Source of the DNA: an uncultured Thermococci archaeon
GTDB taxonomy: Archaea > Methanobacteriota_B > Thermococci > Thermococcales > Thermococcaceae
DNA length: 24,947 bases
Reading direction: 5' to 3'
Assembly (NCBI GenBank): GCA_964487115.1
Contig: CAZAPD010000010.1
Location: 1-24,947, forward strand
Of the stretch, positions 8,933 through 17,377 are shown in pieces (position 1 is the first letter of the stretch; each line of letters opens with the position of its first letter). The notes beneath the pieces are model-generated. The model was not told where the DNA came from and ran no database searches. It saw only the letters and a program-made list of their open reading frames with translations. Position numbers and translations under genes: made by a program.

Positions 8933-11515
8933 TCAAAGCACATCACTAACCTTATCAGCTGTACTAAGACCACCTGTATCAGCTTCTATTCTCTTTAACA
9001 AGGTTTCTTGATCAATATAAAACTGTCGTATATAATGCCCCACTTTTTCAATATCCCTTATACCCTTTTCGATCATCCAATCAAGTATAATCTTTCTTTT
9101 TTCTTTTTCCAGTTCCAGTTCCGCCATGCTCATGCCAGTATGATGCGCGAGTTCTGTCATAAATCTGCTTGGAACTCCAGTTGATTCAAGTTCATCCTTG
9201 GCTGGATCATACTTATACAGTTTGTTCAACTGAATGCTCTCACCTTCAATTCCCGAGACTTCAGCAATCTCAGTTACACGCCTAATGACACCCTTTTTTC
9301 TGCTGTTAAAACGAACTAACATCATTATAATATCAAGTGCTGGTATCATGATTCTTGGAACATTCATGGGCGGACTTTCTAACCTCACAATGGTTTCCCT
9401 GGCTGAATTTGAATGAATTGTGCCCATGCAGTTGGAGACTATTATTCCTCCACATTTACCGGCTATGTATGTATGGTTGTCAGCTACAGTCAGATCGTAC
9501 ACATAATCATCCACTTCGATTTCTTCGATTGCCACTATCCTATCCCAATAAACATTTGCATCAGTTAATAATTTGAGCTTCTCTGAATCCAAAGCTTCTG
9601 CCGGATCTTTGCCATCCATGTCCATTCCTCTTGACAGGACTATATAATCTCCGATTTTCGCCCTCTCTGAATTAATCTCCACAATCCCATTCTCAATTTT
9701 ATAAATTGGATGATCAGGAGTTAAGGTTATCCCATTCCCATTCTTTGTTTTGATTTTGAGCATCTTCCCCTTGTATTTTCTTCTCCAAACTCTTGTGATC
9801 AACTTATCCTCAATCTTGAAAGTTTCTTTGTTGAAGCTCTTTATGTAAACCTTTTCATTGGATACATCAACCCACTCAAATTCTCCCTCTTTTTTGAAGG
9901 CATGTTTCCTAAAGAAACGTTCGGCAAATTTCCCGATTTTAATGAGCTGCCCATCGGCCAAGAGTATTGGTTCCTCTTTAAGCAAAGCACCATCATGTCC
10001 CGTGTTCATGGCAGTGAACATTGTCCTTGCCTCAGGACCACGAACCTCACCGACAATTATTCTATCCGGTCTCATACGAAGGGTGTTCTTAACTAAATCA
10101 TCCATTGTAACTTCTCCCTTACCCTCAAGATTTGGTGGCCTTGTCTCCAATCTTACCCAATGTTCAATAGGAAGCTGAAGCTCTGCAGTATCCTCAATGC
10201 TGATGACTCTCTCACTGGGAGGTATAAACATTGCAAGAGAGTTCAGCATGGTAGTCTTTCCAGAACCCGTCCCTCCAGCCACCAGAATATTGGCAGGTTT
10301 CACTCCTAATCCATCAACAAAAATCCACAGTAAAGCTGCTATATCTGTATTTAAAGTTCCATATTTTATGAGGTCAATTATCGTCAAGGGATCTCTCTTG
10401 AACTTTCTGATAGTTATAGTTGGGCCCTCAAGGCTTATAGGTGGAATTGTGGCATTAACTCTGGAGCCATCTGGAAGACGGGCATCTAAAAGAGGACTCT
10501 GCTGATCTATTCTCCTCCCCACTTCCCTTGCAATCCGCTCTATAATATTTAAAATTTCTTTTTCATTTTCAAAGATGATATTTGTCTTACACATGTTAAA
10601 TCTTCTGTGCCATACATAAACCGGCTTATTTGTTCCAATAACCATTATTTCTTCTAAGTTATCATCCCTAACTAAAGGATCTAACCTGCCATAACCAATC
10701 ATGTTCTGAACAATATATTCAGATAGAAACTCTATCCTCCCTTCTGAAAGGTGTGGATTTATATCTTTTATCATATCCCTTACAGCTTTTAAGAACACTT
10801 TCCTTCTTGTTTCAAAATCGGGAATACTCTCGGGATCAATTTGAATTTCAGAAATTGCCCTTTCTTTCACTGTTTTTAATAATCTCTTCTCATCTTCACT
10901 GAGTTTGGGTATGCGGAGTTCATATATCGGCACAGGTTCTCCCTTAACTTTTAATACACGCACATTACCGTAGACATCAAGGACTTTAACCTCACCCGAA
11001 TAGGTATGATATGCGACCTCACCCTTTTCTCTCTTAGCAGTACCTAATATCTCACCCAAGGAAGGGGCTGATTTTATTGGTTCAGGTTTTTGTAAAATAC
11101 TCTCCAATGAAACCGACGAAGGTTCTTGATAGTGAGATGTTATTCCTCTTTCTTTTTTTTCTTTTTTCTGTTTCTGTTTTTCACCCTGCAGAGATTTTGA
11201 AGTTTTCCTCTTCCCCAAAATCTCCTCTAAAATAACATGTCCTGGAGATACTTTTTTTGTCTCTGTTTTTTTAGAAGCTAAAGGTTTTTCCATATTTGTT
11301 TCTGGAGTCTTCTCCGAGAGTATACTATCCAAGCTCAGACCTTCTCCCCTAACAAACCCCTCAGGGATTGGTTTTTTCTTTCCTTTTTTTTCTCTTTCTT
11401 TATTATCCTCTTCCCGATTCTTCTTAGCTTTAAAAATATCCTCAAGAGGGGCACTATCTTCGTTCAAAATTTCCTCTATCCAAGATAACCCAGACTTTTT
11501 CTTTTTCTCCCCCAC
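8933..11515 (-). CDS. klbA: Type IV pilus/Tad secretion ATPase (KlbA/TadA/CpaF family), intein-containing; 860-aa precursor, about 674 aa after splicing
   Basis: Walker A GGTGSGKT, Asp box IEDTAE, Walker [13 protein letters not shown], and His box MNTGHDG|CMGTIH interrupted by an intein. GTG start with AGGTGA RBS. Confidence 0.93.
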   Translation of the reverse strand: MGEKKKKSGLSWIEEILNEDSAPLEDIFKAKKNREEDNKEREKKGKKKPIPEGFVRGEGLSLDSILSEKTPETNMEKPLASKKTETKKVSPGHVILEEILGKRKTSKSLQGEKQKQKKEKKERGITSHYQEPSSVSLESILQKPEPIKSAPSLGEILGTAKREKGEVAYHTYSGEVKVLDVYGNVRVLKVKGEPVPIYELRIPKLSEDEKRLLKTVKERAISEIQIDPESIPDFETRRKVFLKAVRDMIKDINPHLSEGRIEFLSEYIVQNMIGYGRLDPLVRDDNLEEIMVIGTNKPVYVWHRRFNMCKTNIIFENEKEILNIIERIAREVGRRIDQQSPLLDARLPDGSRVNATIPPISLEGPTITIRKFKRDPLTIIDLIKYGTLNTDIAALLWIFVDGLGVKPANILVAGGTGSGKTTMLNSLAMFIPPSERVISIEDTAELQLPIEHWVRLETRPPNLEGKGEVTMDDLVKNTLRMRPDRIIVGEVRGPEARTMFTAMNTGHDGALLKEEPILLADGQLIKIGKFAERFFRKHAFKKEGEFEWVDVSNEKVYIKSFNKETFKIEDKLITRVWRRKYKGKMLKIKTKNGNGITLTPDHPIYKIENGIVEINSERAKIGDYIVLSRGMDMDGKDPAEALDSEKLKLLTDANVYWDRIVAIEEIEVDDYVYDLTVADNHTYIAGKCGGIIVSNCMGTIHSNSARETIVRLESPPMNVPRIMIPALDIIMMLVRFNSRKKGVIRRVTEIAEVSGIEGESIQLNKLYKYDPAKDELESTGVPSRFMTELAHHTGMSMAELELEKEKRKIILDWMIEKGIRDIEKVGHYIRQFYIDQETLLKRIEADTGGLSTADKVSDVL
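9431..9988 (-). mobile_element. KlbA-type Ala1 mini-intein (186 aa, no homing endonuclease)
   Basis: In-frame insertion from [10 protein letters not shown] (GCT at 9988) to IIVSN (AAC ending 9431), followed by Cys+1. Block B TPDH and block [15 protein letters not shown] are present. Removing it restores MNTGHDGCMGTIH. Confidence 0.95.
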
Positions 11516-12527
11516 TTAGGCTCACCTTTTCCTCATTATTCCAGCTCACATGGTATTTAATATCAATCTCCTTACCAAGCCAAAATATCCACACAGGATA
11601 GTCCATAAAATTGACAGTTTTTCTTTTCGAAGATGTTAAAGTTGGTGTAGAAACCCCTGTAAGTAAGCTGCTGGTTAGAGAAAATAGAGTATCCGATGGT
11701 GAGGAGATTTCTCTCTCCTTTGGATGGATGCTAATTCCCCTATACTCTGGGATAAATTTTTCCATGTACTCAGTGTATGTCATGGTATAGTTTGGTTCAA
11801 AATCATAATGAGCAGCACCCGGAAATATTACCGGTAACGAAACACCAAAAACTGACCAAAATTCGTCGCTTTCGTCAGGTACATTTATTAACTTGAGAGT
11901 TACGATACCCGAATATTTCAATATTTTTACATATCCATCAATCAGAGGCAAAATACTTGAAATATCTACAACTTGAGGGGTATTAATTATTTGTGGATAA
12001 AAAACATCACAAATTGGATTGGAAAGAGTTTCCTTCACATGGACTTCACCGTTAATTACACTTCCATTGACAAAGGTCAAGTTTGTTATTTGACCACCCC
12101 CGCATAGACTTTTATAGTCAGCTAAGTTAAGAAGATATGAAGTGTTATCTGTAATCTGAAAGTTAACAACAACTGTCTCATAGGGTCTAATCCAGAAACC
12201 TAAATGATAATTTAGAGTATTTGCGCTGAAGTCGTTTATATAATGCACAGTTGTACCTTTATTGTTTCTAATACCATACATATACTCGTTGTATCCATTC
12301 CTGTATATTTTAAAATCATATCTGGGGTTTATCATTATAAATTTGGGGAATGGAGCTGTATTAATTAAAGTGACATTAAGATTTATTGTGAGTTCTCCAC
12401 GTATTCCTATGTTATTATGATGTTTGTATTTTTCCACTGGATCTGTTCCCGGAAGAGTATATGAAGAAGCCATGACGGGAACAGCTAAAAGCATTATGAT
12501 AAAAAAGGAAATTACGAGGCGTTTCAT
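11454..12527 (-). CDS. Secreted or surface protein of unknown function in the pilus operon
   Basis: ATG 12527 with GAGGTGA RBS. Sec-type signal peptide MKRLVISFFIIMLLAVPVMA, beta-rich composition, at least five NxS/T sequons, two Cys. Confidence 0.8.
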   Translation of the reverse strand: MKRLVISFFIIMLLAVPVMASSYTLPGTDPVEKYKHHNNIGIRGELTINLNVTLINTAPFPKFIMINPRYDFKIYRNGYNEYMYGIRNNKGTTVHYINDFSANTLNYHLGFWIRPYETVVVNFQITDNTSYLLNLADYKSLCGGGQITNLTFVNGSVINGEVHVKETLSNPICDVFYPQIINTPQVVDISSILPLIDGYVKILKYSGIVTLKLINVPDESDEFWSVFGVSLPVIFPGAAHYDFEPNYTMTYTEYMEKFIPEYRGISIHPKEREISSPSDTLFSLTSSLLTGVSTPTLTSSKRKTVNFMDYPVWIFWLGKEIDIKYHVSWNNEEKVSLSGGEKEKVWVILDRGNFERR

Positions 12528-12537
12528 TGTAATCACC

Positions 12538-13977
12538 TCATTTAGATACTTTTGCGATATAGATAAAGTTCTGGTGGGAGAGTATATCCGGAACAAACAC
12601 GGAAGGAACCTTAATTATTACTAAAACCTGTGTGTTTGCGTCCATCACCAGCATTCCAGAAAGTTTCTCAAGATCGACTACCTCCCAACCATAACTCTCA
12701 AGCTCTTTCTTAACTTCATCTGCCGCTTTTATCTTACCTGCTGCCACTGCCTTGAGAATCTCGGATAAATCTACATTGTAGTTATATGCAGCAGAAGAAC
12801 TCTGGCTTGACGTTTGGCTGCTTGAATAAGCATCACTTGAACTTTGTCCATTTGATATAGATGTTCCTGCAGGAGTATATGCCCTCGAATGTTGTTCAGA
12901 GTAGGAATCCGAAGAAGATGTGCTAGATGAGCTGGACTGTGACTGGGATTCTTTAGCAGATATAATTCCAGCTTGTTTTGGCAGTAGAACCATCTCTACA
13001 TATCCCATATTGGCTATCTCAGTGTATGGACTGTTGGTTGAATTCTTTGAGAATATTACTATTTTGTCTCCCGGAGAAACAAATGCCCCGTTTATCCTAC
13101 TCCGTGGGAGCACTAATGCCATATCAACCATCTCAACCTTACCAACATGATACTGCATTATCTCCTTATAATCTAATAAGCTTCCTATTAGAGTTTTTGC
13201 TTCATCCTTTGTGTATATCTTCTTACTACCTGCTTTTTCCAAAATCACATTTTGAGTTGGGATGTTGTCAATAAGGAAGTAATAATATTCTTTCCATAGC
13301 TCAAGGAGATACGGGGTAACAGTAGTTGAGTTAATCTCCTGCACAGTTTTTGCGCTCATCACTTGATCTTCTAAAGATTTCAGGACACTAATGGCTTTTT
13401 TTCTGATATCTTGTGGGAGAGGTCTAGATAAGAGAGGTTCAAATTTAAGTTTTATTTCATCTATCTTCTCCCGCTTAGTTTCATTCAAAATTTTCTCCTG
13501 CTCTATTCTTTTTTGTTCTTCTAAAGCCTGTTGATATTTCCGGAGTACATCCTGATAAGCTGCTTTAACATCTATCTTTTTAACATCCTCAATTGATTGA
13601 GCAGCAGCGATTTCATTAAGAAGTTCTGCTTTTTTCCTCTGTGCATATGGGAAGTTCATAATATTGCCTTTGAAGTATGTATCAACTTCAGCAATTTTCG
13701 CGTTTTTAGCTTGTTCCAGCTCCCTAACACCCGCATTTTTATAATACGAATACACACCCCACGAGATAGCTAGAACTATGATTATTATAATTGCAGAACC
13801 TATTAAAATCCTTTTCCTACGCTCCCTTTCACGCACACTTCCAATCCGACTTATTCTTCTTGAAGGTTTGGAAGGCTTGGGCTTTATAGGTTTTGTAGAT
13901 TTTATTGGTTCGGACTCGGCGCTCGCCTTACCAAGTTCCCTTAAACGCCGAATTTTAGCTTCAATATCCTCAGACAC
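12538..13977 (-). CDS. DUF515-family single-pass membrane protein, first gene of the pilus operon
   Basis: Probable GTG start at 13977 (MSEDIEAKIRRLRELG) after a GGTGGTG RBS; in-frame ATG at 13992. Basic N-terminus, one TM helix, helical repeats, Ser-rich insertion. Family recognised from memory. Confidence 0.78.
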   Translation of the reverse strand: MSEDIEAKIRRLRELGKASAESEPIKSTKPIKPKPSKPSRRISRIGSVRERERRKRILIGSAIIIIIVLAISWGVYSYYKNAGVRELEQAKNAKIAEVDTYFKGNIMNFPYAQRKKAELLNEIAAAQSIEDVKKIDVKAAYQDVLRKYQQALEEQKRIEQEKILNETKREKIDEIKLKFEPLLSRPLPQDIRKKAISVLKSLEDQVMSAKTVQEINSTTVTPYLLELWKEYYYFLIDNIPTQNVILEKAGSKKIYTKDEAKTLIGSLLDYKEIMQYHVGKVEMVDMALVLPRSRINGAFVSPGDKIVIFSKNSTNSPYTEIANMGYVEMVLLPKQAGIISAKESQSQSSSSSTSSSDSYSEQHSRAYTPAGTSISNGQSSSDAYSSSQTSSQSSSAAYNYNVDLSEILKAVAAGKIKAADEVKKELESYGWEVVDLEKLSGMLVMDANTQVLVIIKVPSVFVPDILSHQNFIYIAKVSK

Positions 13978-14068
13978 GTTGAGCACCACCATTAGCAGTT
14001 ATCATGAAAACATTCCCTTCTAAGTTAGTTTTTTGAATTCAATACTTTATTTAGATTTCGGTGGTTGT

Positions 14069-14422
14069 ATGGAAAGATTGATAGCTAAAGTAATCGAGAT
14101 TCGTGGAAATTGTCCAGTATTTAAACGTGGAAATAAAATAGTAATTGATGGGCCAAAAATAAACCTAAATGAAACCGATGCAGTCTGCACACATGCATTT
14201 GCTTCTTTAATGCCCTATGTAGTAGCACTGCGAAAAGGTATTAAGCCCAGTGAACTTGGGTTAGGTAAGGGGGAGAAGGCATATGTCCAGTGCCTCGACC
14301 CCGGTCCCCCATATACAGATGGAGGAACTGTTATTTTTGAGATAACGGTGATGAGAGATGAGGCAGAAAAAAGCTTGGCAGACTGTGAGGGAGGCAATAA
14401 GAGAAGCACACATAGTTATTGA
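14069..14422 (+). CDS. TIGR04076-family small Cys-containing protein
   Basis: ATG 14069 with GGTGGT RBS. Pattern G-x-CP, CTHA, QCLDPG...GTVIFEI. Confidence 0.75.
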   Translation: MERLIAKVIEIRGNCPVFKRGNKIVIDGPKINLNETDAVCTHAFASLMPYVVALRKGIKPSELGLGKGEKAYVQCLDPGPPYTDGGTVIFEITVMRDEAEKSLADCEGGNKRSTHSY

Positions 14423-15431
14423 GGTAGTCGACGCGAGAGATCCTGTAGGAACCAGAAATCGAAAGCTGGAGAGACTGATTAAAGAAGAGGGTAAAAAGCT
14501 GCTCATAGTCATGAATAAAGCCGATTTAGTTCCAAGGAAGTGGGCTGAGGAGTACAAGAAAAAGAGTGATATACCGTTCATCTTCGTCTCTGCCAGAGAA
14601 AGAAAAGGGACCGGTATTCTGAGAAGAGAGATAAAAAAGCTTGCAAAAGAATTTTTAGATAAAGAAGAGGCGGTTAAGGTTGCCCTTATTGGCTACCCAA
14701 ATGTGGGGAAGAGCACGATAATAAACACGCTGAAGGGCAAGAAAGCCGTGAAAACAGCTCCAATACCCGGTTATACCCGAAACAAACATTTAATAAAGCT
14801 CTCCCGAAAGATATGGCTTATTGACTCGCCCGGGGTTGTTCCTGTTGAGAACTTCGAGGAGCTTGTCATAAAAGGTGGTTTTCCCGCGGATAAGATTGAA
14901 GATCCCGTAAAACCAGCACTAAAGCTTATTAGACGTATTCTCGAAACCCGAAAAGAAGCTTTAACTGAGAAATATGACATTCAGGAGTTTGAAAATGAAG
15001 AGCAGATCTTAGAGGCAATTGGCAGAAAAAAAGGGTTACTTAGAAAAGGAGGAGAAGTTGACATTGAAGAAGCTGCCCGATATTTCCTCAGAGAGTGGCA
15101 GACTGGAAAGTTTACCCTCTTTGGGAAGGAAAAGAAAAGAGAAGAGGAATTCCAGTGGGCATACAGTGATGTTCTTGAGGAGATTGAGCAGGAGCTTTTG
15201 CTTGACCCGAGGAGGATTCTCTGGGAATTTGAAGATAAGCTGAAAGAAAAACTTGGAAGAACAAAGAGGGTTGGGATTAAGGAAATTGAGGGCTTTACAG
15301 TGGGTATAGCAACAGGCTTCAAGAAGTGCGATAGTGGGATTAAGCTTTTGGAAAAGTTAACCGGAAAGAGAGTTATAGCGAGTGAATGCTTTGGAAAGAA
15401 GTGGAAAGGCGTGATAGCAATTATGGACTAA
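14358..15431 (+). CDS. Circularly permuted YlqF/RbgA/Lsg1-family GTPase (ribosome biogenesis)
   Basis: DAR-x-P, then motifs in G4-G5-G1-G2-G3 order: NKAD, SAR, GYPNVGKST, PGYT, DSPG. GGTGA RBS. Confidence 0.93.
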   Translation: MRQKKAWQTVREAIREAHIVIEVVDARDPVGTRNRKLERLIKEEGKKLLIVMNKADLVPRKWAEEYKKKSDIPFIFVSARERKGTGILRREIKKLAKEFLDKEEAVKVALIGYPNVGKSTIINTLKGKKAVKTAPIPGYTRNKHLIKLSRKIWLIDSPGVVPVENFEELVIKGGFPADKIEDPVKPALKLIRRILETRKEALTEKYDIQEFENEEQILEAIGRKKGLLRKGGEVDIEEAARYFLREWQTGKFTLFGKEKKREEEFQWAYSDVLEEIEQELLLDPRRILWEFEDKLKEKLGRTKRVGIKEIEGFTVGIATGFKKCDSGIKLLEKLTGKRVIASECFGKKWKGVIAIMD

Positions 15432-17377
15432 CTCCTTAGTGCTTTGACGACGTCGAGCTTTTTCATCACCCTTCTAACAATGACCATCGTCAAGAGGGCA
15501 TAGGCGATGCAGAGAACCGGGAACAGCAGAAGAACCTTGAGGGCATCGCTCGGCGAGAGGCTCACAGGAAGGAGTATGTTTCCGATGGACTCGCCAAGCT
15601 TTACCGCAGGAAGCAGGGAGAGAAGGGAACCCAAGACGGCAGATGGAACAGTCTTGAACAAAAACTCCCGCTGGACGTGGGAATCAGGGCTTCCTATAGC
15701 CTTAAGTATTGCGTAGACCTTCTCGTTACCCTCGACTTCGAGGTAGATCATCGTGAATACCGCGAAGGCACTCACGAGGAAGGTTACGAGCATGACCACG
15801 TAGACAGGCGTTTTGAAGAGGATTAAGTTCTGCTGAGTCATCCTTTTGAGGTCTTCAAGGGTGTAGACCTTAAGACCTTGAGCTTCAAGCTTCACCTTAA
15901 CTTCCTCCGGGTTCTCTACCGTCATGAAGGCCATTCTATCCTCAACAAACGGAACCTTAGGAAGGAAGAGGGCCGCGTAGTTGTGGAAGAAAGCGTTACT
16001 TATCCCGACCACTCGGTAGGTTTTTGTCACGCCGAGAATGGTTACTCTTATTATGTCACCCACATTGAGGCCGAGCTTTCTGGCGAGACCAACCTCAACG
16101 ACGGCCTCGTCTGACCCTTTAAACCACCTACCCGCGATGAGAGTTTTCTCGAAGATGCTGTTGTAATTGAGGAAATAGACTTCGGTCGTTATTCCGTTGA
16201 CTTCTTGGCCGGGCAGATAGGCAACTTTCTCGCCCGGAAGTGAGGCTATTTTTAAGGGACTTCCAATGACCCAGACGTTGAAGGGGGCGTTGAAGCTGGC
16301 GAGCTTTTCAATGCCGACGAGGGAAAAGTAGGCCGAGCTGGAAGCAAGGAAAACAACGAAGAAGATCGCCAAAAACTTTAGGAGCGACGGCCGCCTCGGA
16401 GAGAAGTGGAGGGCCTCTATCGTCTTTATTCTCGAAACATAGAGGTATGGAAGTGAAATCATCAGGAGGATTCCGAGGAGTATGAGGACATCAAACTTAA
16501 GAGGGTAGATGTAGTTCAGTTTTAAGGGCAGGGGCGTGTTGGAGAAGATGTTAAAGGAAATGCCCAGTAGCATTCCAGGGATTATTCCGGCGAGATAACC
16601 GAGGACGGCAACTATTAGGTAGTCACCTATGAAGAGGGAGAAGACAAATGAATAGGGCAAACCAAGGGCCTTTAGAACCCCCACCTCCCTAACGCTTCCC
16701 CTCATATGAGCTATCGTCACGAGGATTTTCACGGATAATGCTGCACCGAGGAGTAGGTAGAAGAAGCTCATGACAAAGTTTCTAACGTTCCTCAGCTCAT
16801 CTAAATATGGAGCATGACCGTTCCGATAGACTTCAAAGTAGCGAACTTTCGCATGGCTCATCAGAAACTCCGCCAAAGCCCTTGTGTCATTGCACCGCAT
16901 CACGACGTAAAGGCTGCTTCCTCTCTTCATCGTCAAGACGATGGGTTCGTTCATCAAATAGTAGTAAGAACCAAGAACAGTGTAGGTCTTTCCGTTTACC
17001 TCTATATCCTCACCTTTCTTAGCCTCCGGAAAAGCGAGGACGAAGACGCCCTTCGGCGAGCTCTCAACTCCCGGAACTTTGAACCTGCCGTAGCCGATTA
17101 AAGCGGTGTATTCCCTCCCGTTCAGCCTGACCTTTCCTTCATCGAAGTAGAGGTAGTTGACGACCTCCCCGAACCGCGTGAGGTTATCAACGGTAACCCC
17201 CTGAGCGATGAACTCGACGTTCCCTACGTGGGAGAAGTCGTCGATGGCCTTGACGACGCTCCCTATCCCGGAGAGGGTGAAGTTGATGCCAAGGCTGAGG
17301 AAGGCGAAGATTACAAAGACCGTAGCGGACCTCCTCTTCTCGCGCCTAAGCTTTGCCAGGATTGTCCTTAACCTCAT
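15428..17377 (-). CDS. FtsX/MacB-like ABC transporter permease with two FtsX halves
   Basis: Two repeats of TM1, extracellular domain, then 3 TM, with REVGVLKALG and YAILKAIG motifs. LIAGRWF...EAVV...LARKLGLNVGD is typical of MacB periplasmic domains. ATG 17377 after GGTGAGG. Confidence 0.88.
   Translation of the reverse strand: MRLRTILAKLRREKRRSATVFVIFAFLSLGINFTLSGIGSVVKAIDDFSHVGNVEFIAQGVTVDNLTRFGEVVNYLYFDEGKVRLNGREYTALIGYGRFKVPGVESSPKGVFVLAFPEAKKGEDIEVNGKTYTVLGSYYYLMNEPIVLTMKRGSSLYVVMRCNDTRALAEFLMSHAKVRYFEVYRNGHAPYLDELRNVRNFVMSFFYLLLGAALSVKILVTIAHMRGSVREVGVLKALGLPYSFVFSLFIGDYLIVAVLGYLAGIIPGMLLGISFNIFSNTPLPLKLNYIYPLKFDVLILLGILLMISLPYLYVSRIKTIEALHFSPRRPSLLKFLAIFFVVFLASSSAYFSLVGIEKLASFNAPFNVWVIGSPLKIASLPGEKVAYLPGQEVNGITTEVYFLNYNSIFEKTLIAGRWFKGSDEAVVEVGLARKLGLNVGDIIRVTILGVTKTYRVVGISNAFFHNYAALFLPKVPFVEDRMAFMTVENPEEVKVKLEAQGLKVYTLEDLKRMTQQNLILFKTPVYVVMLVTFLVSAFAVFTMIYLEVEGNEKVYAILKAIGSPDSHVQREFLFKTVPSAVLGSLLSLLPAVKLGESIGNILLPVSLSPSDALKVLLLFPVLCIAYALLTMVIVRRVMKKLDVVKALRS

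Noticed and set aside
9428..9460. Possible disulfide trap between intein Cys179 (AGKCGG) and Cys+1
   Set aside because: Cys179 should lie at the turn of the block F/G hairpin, at the opposite end of the strand from the splice junction, so the geometry looks unfavourable without a model.
11150..11395. A7-A8 homopolymer tracts in the klbA 5' region as phase-variation sites
   Set aside because: The frame is intact and the tracts are explained by consecutive AAA/GAA Lys/Glu codons in a low-GC gene.
12772..12963. Ser-rich segment as a DNA tandem repeat or microsatellite
   Set aside because: Ser codons are mixed (TCC, TCA, TCT, AGC, AGT) with no repeating DNA unit, so the pattern is at protein level.
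6944..13977. Archaellum or conjugative element
   Set aside because: No archaellins or ArlH, no VirB4, relaxase or integrase. Two separate GspF-type genes and the KlbA-type His box point to a Tad-like pilus.
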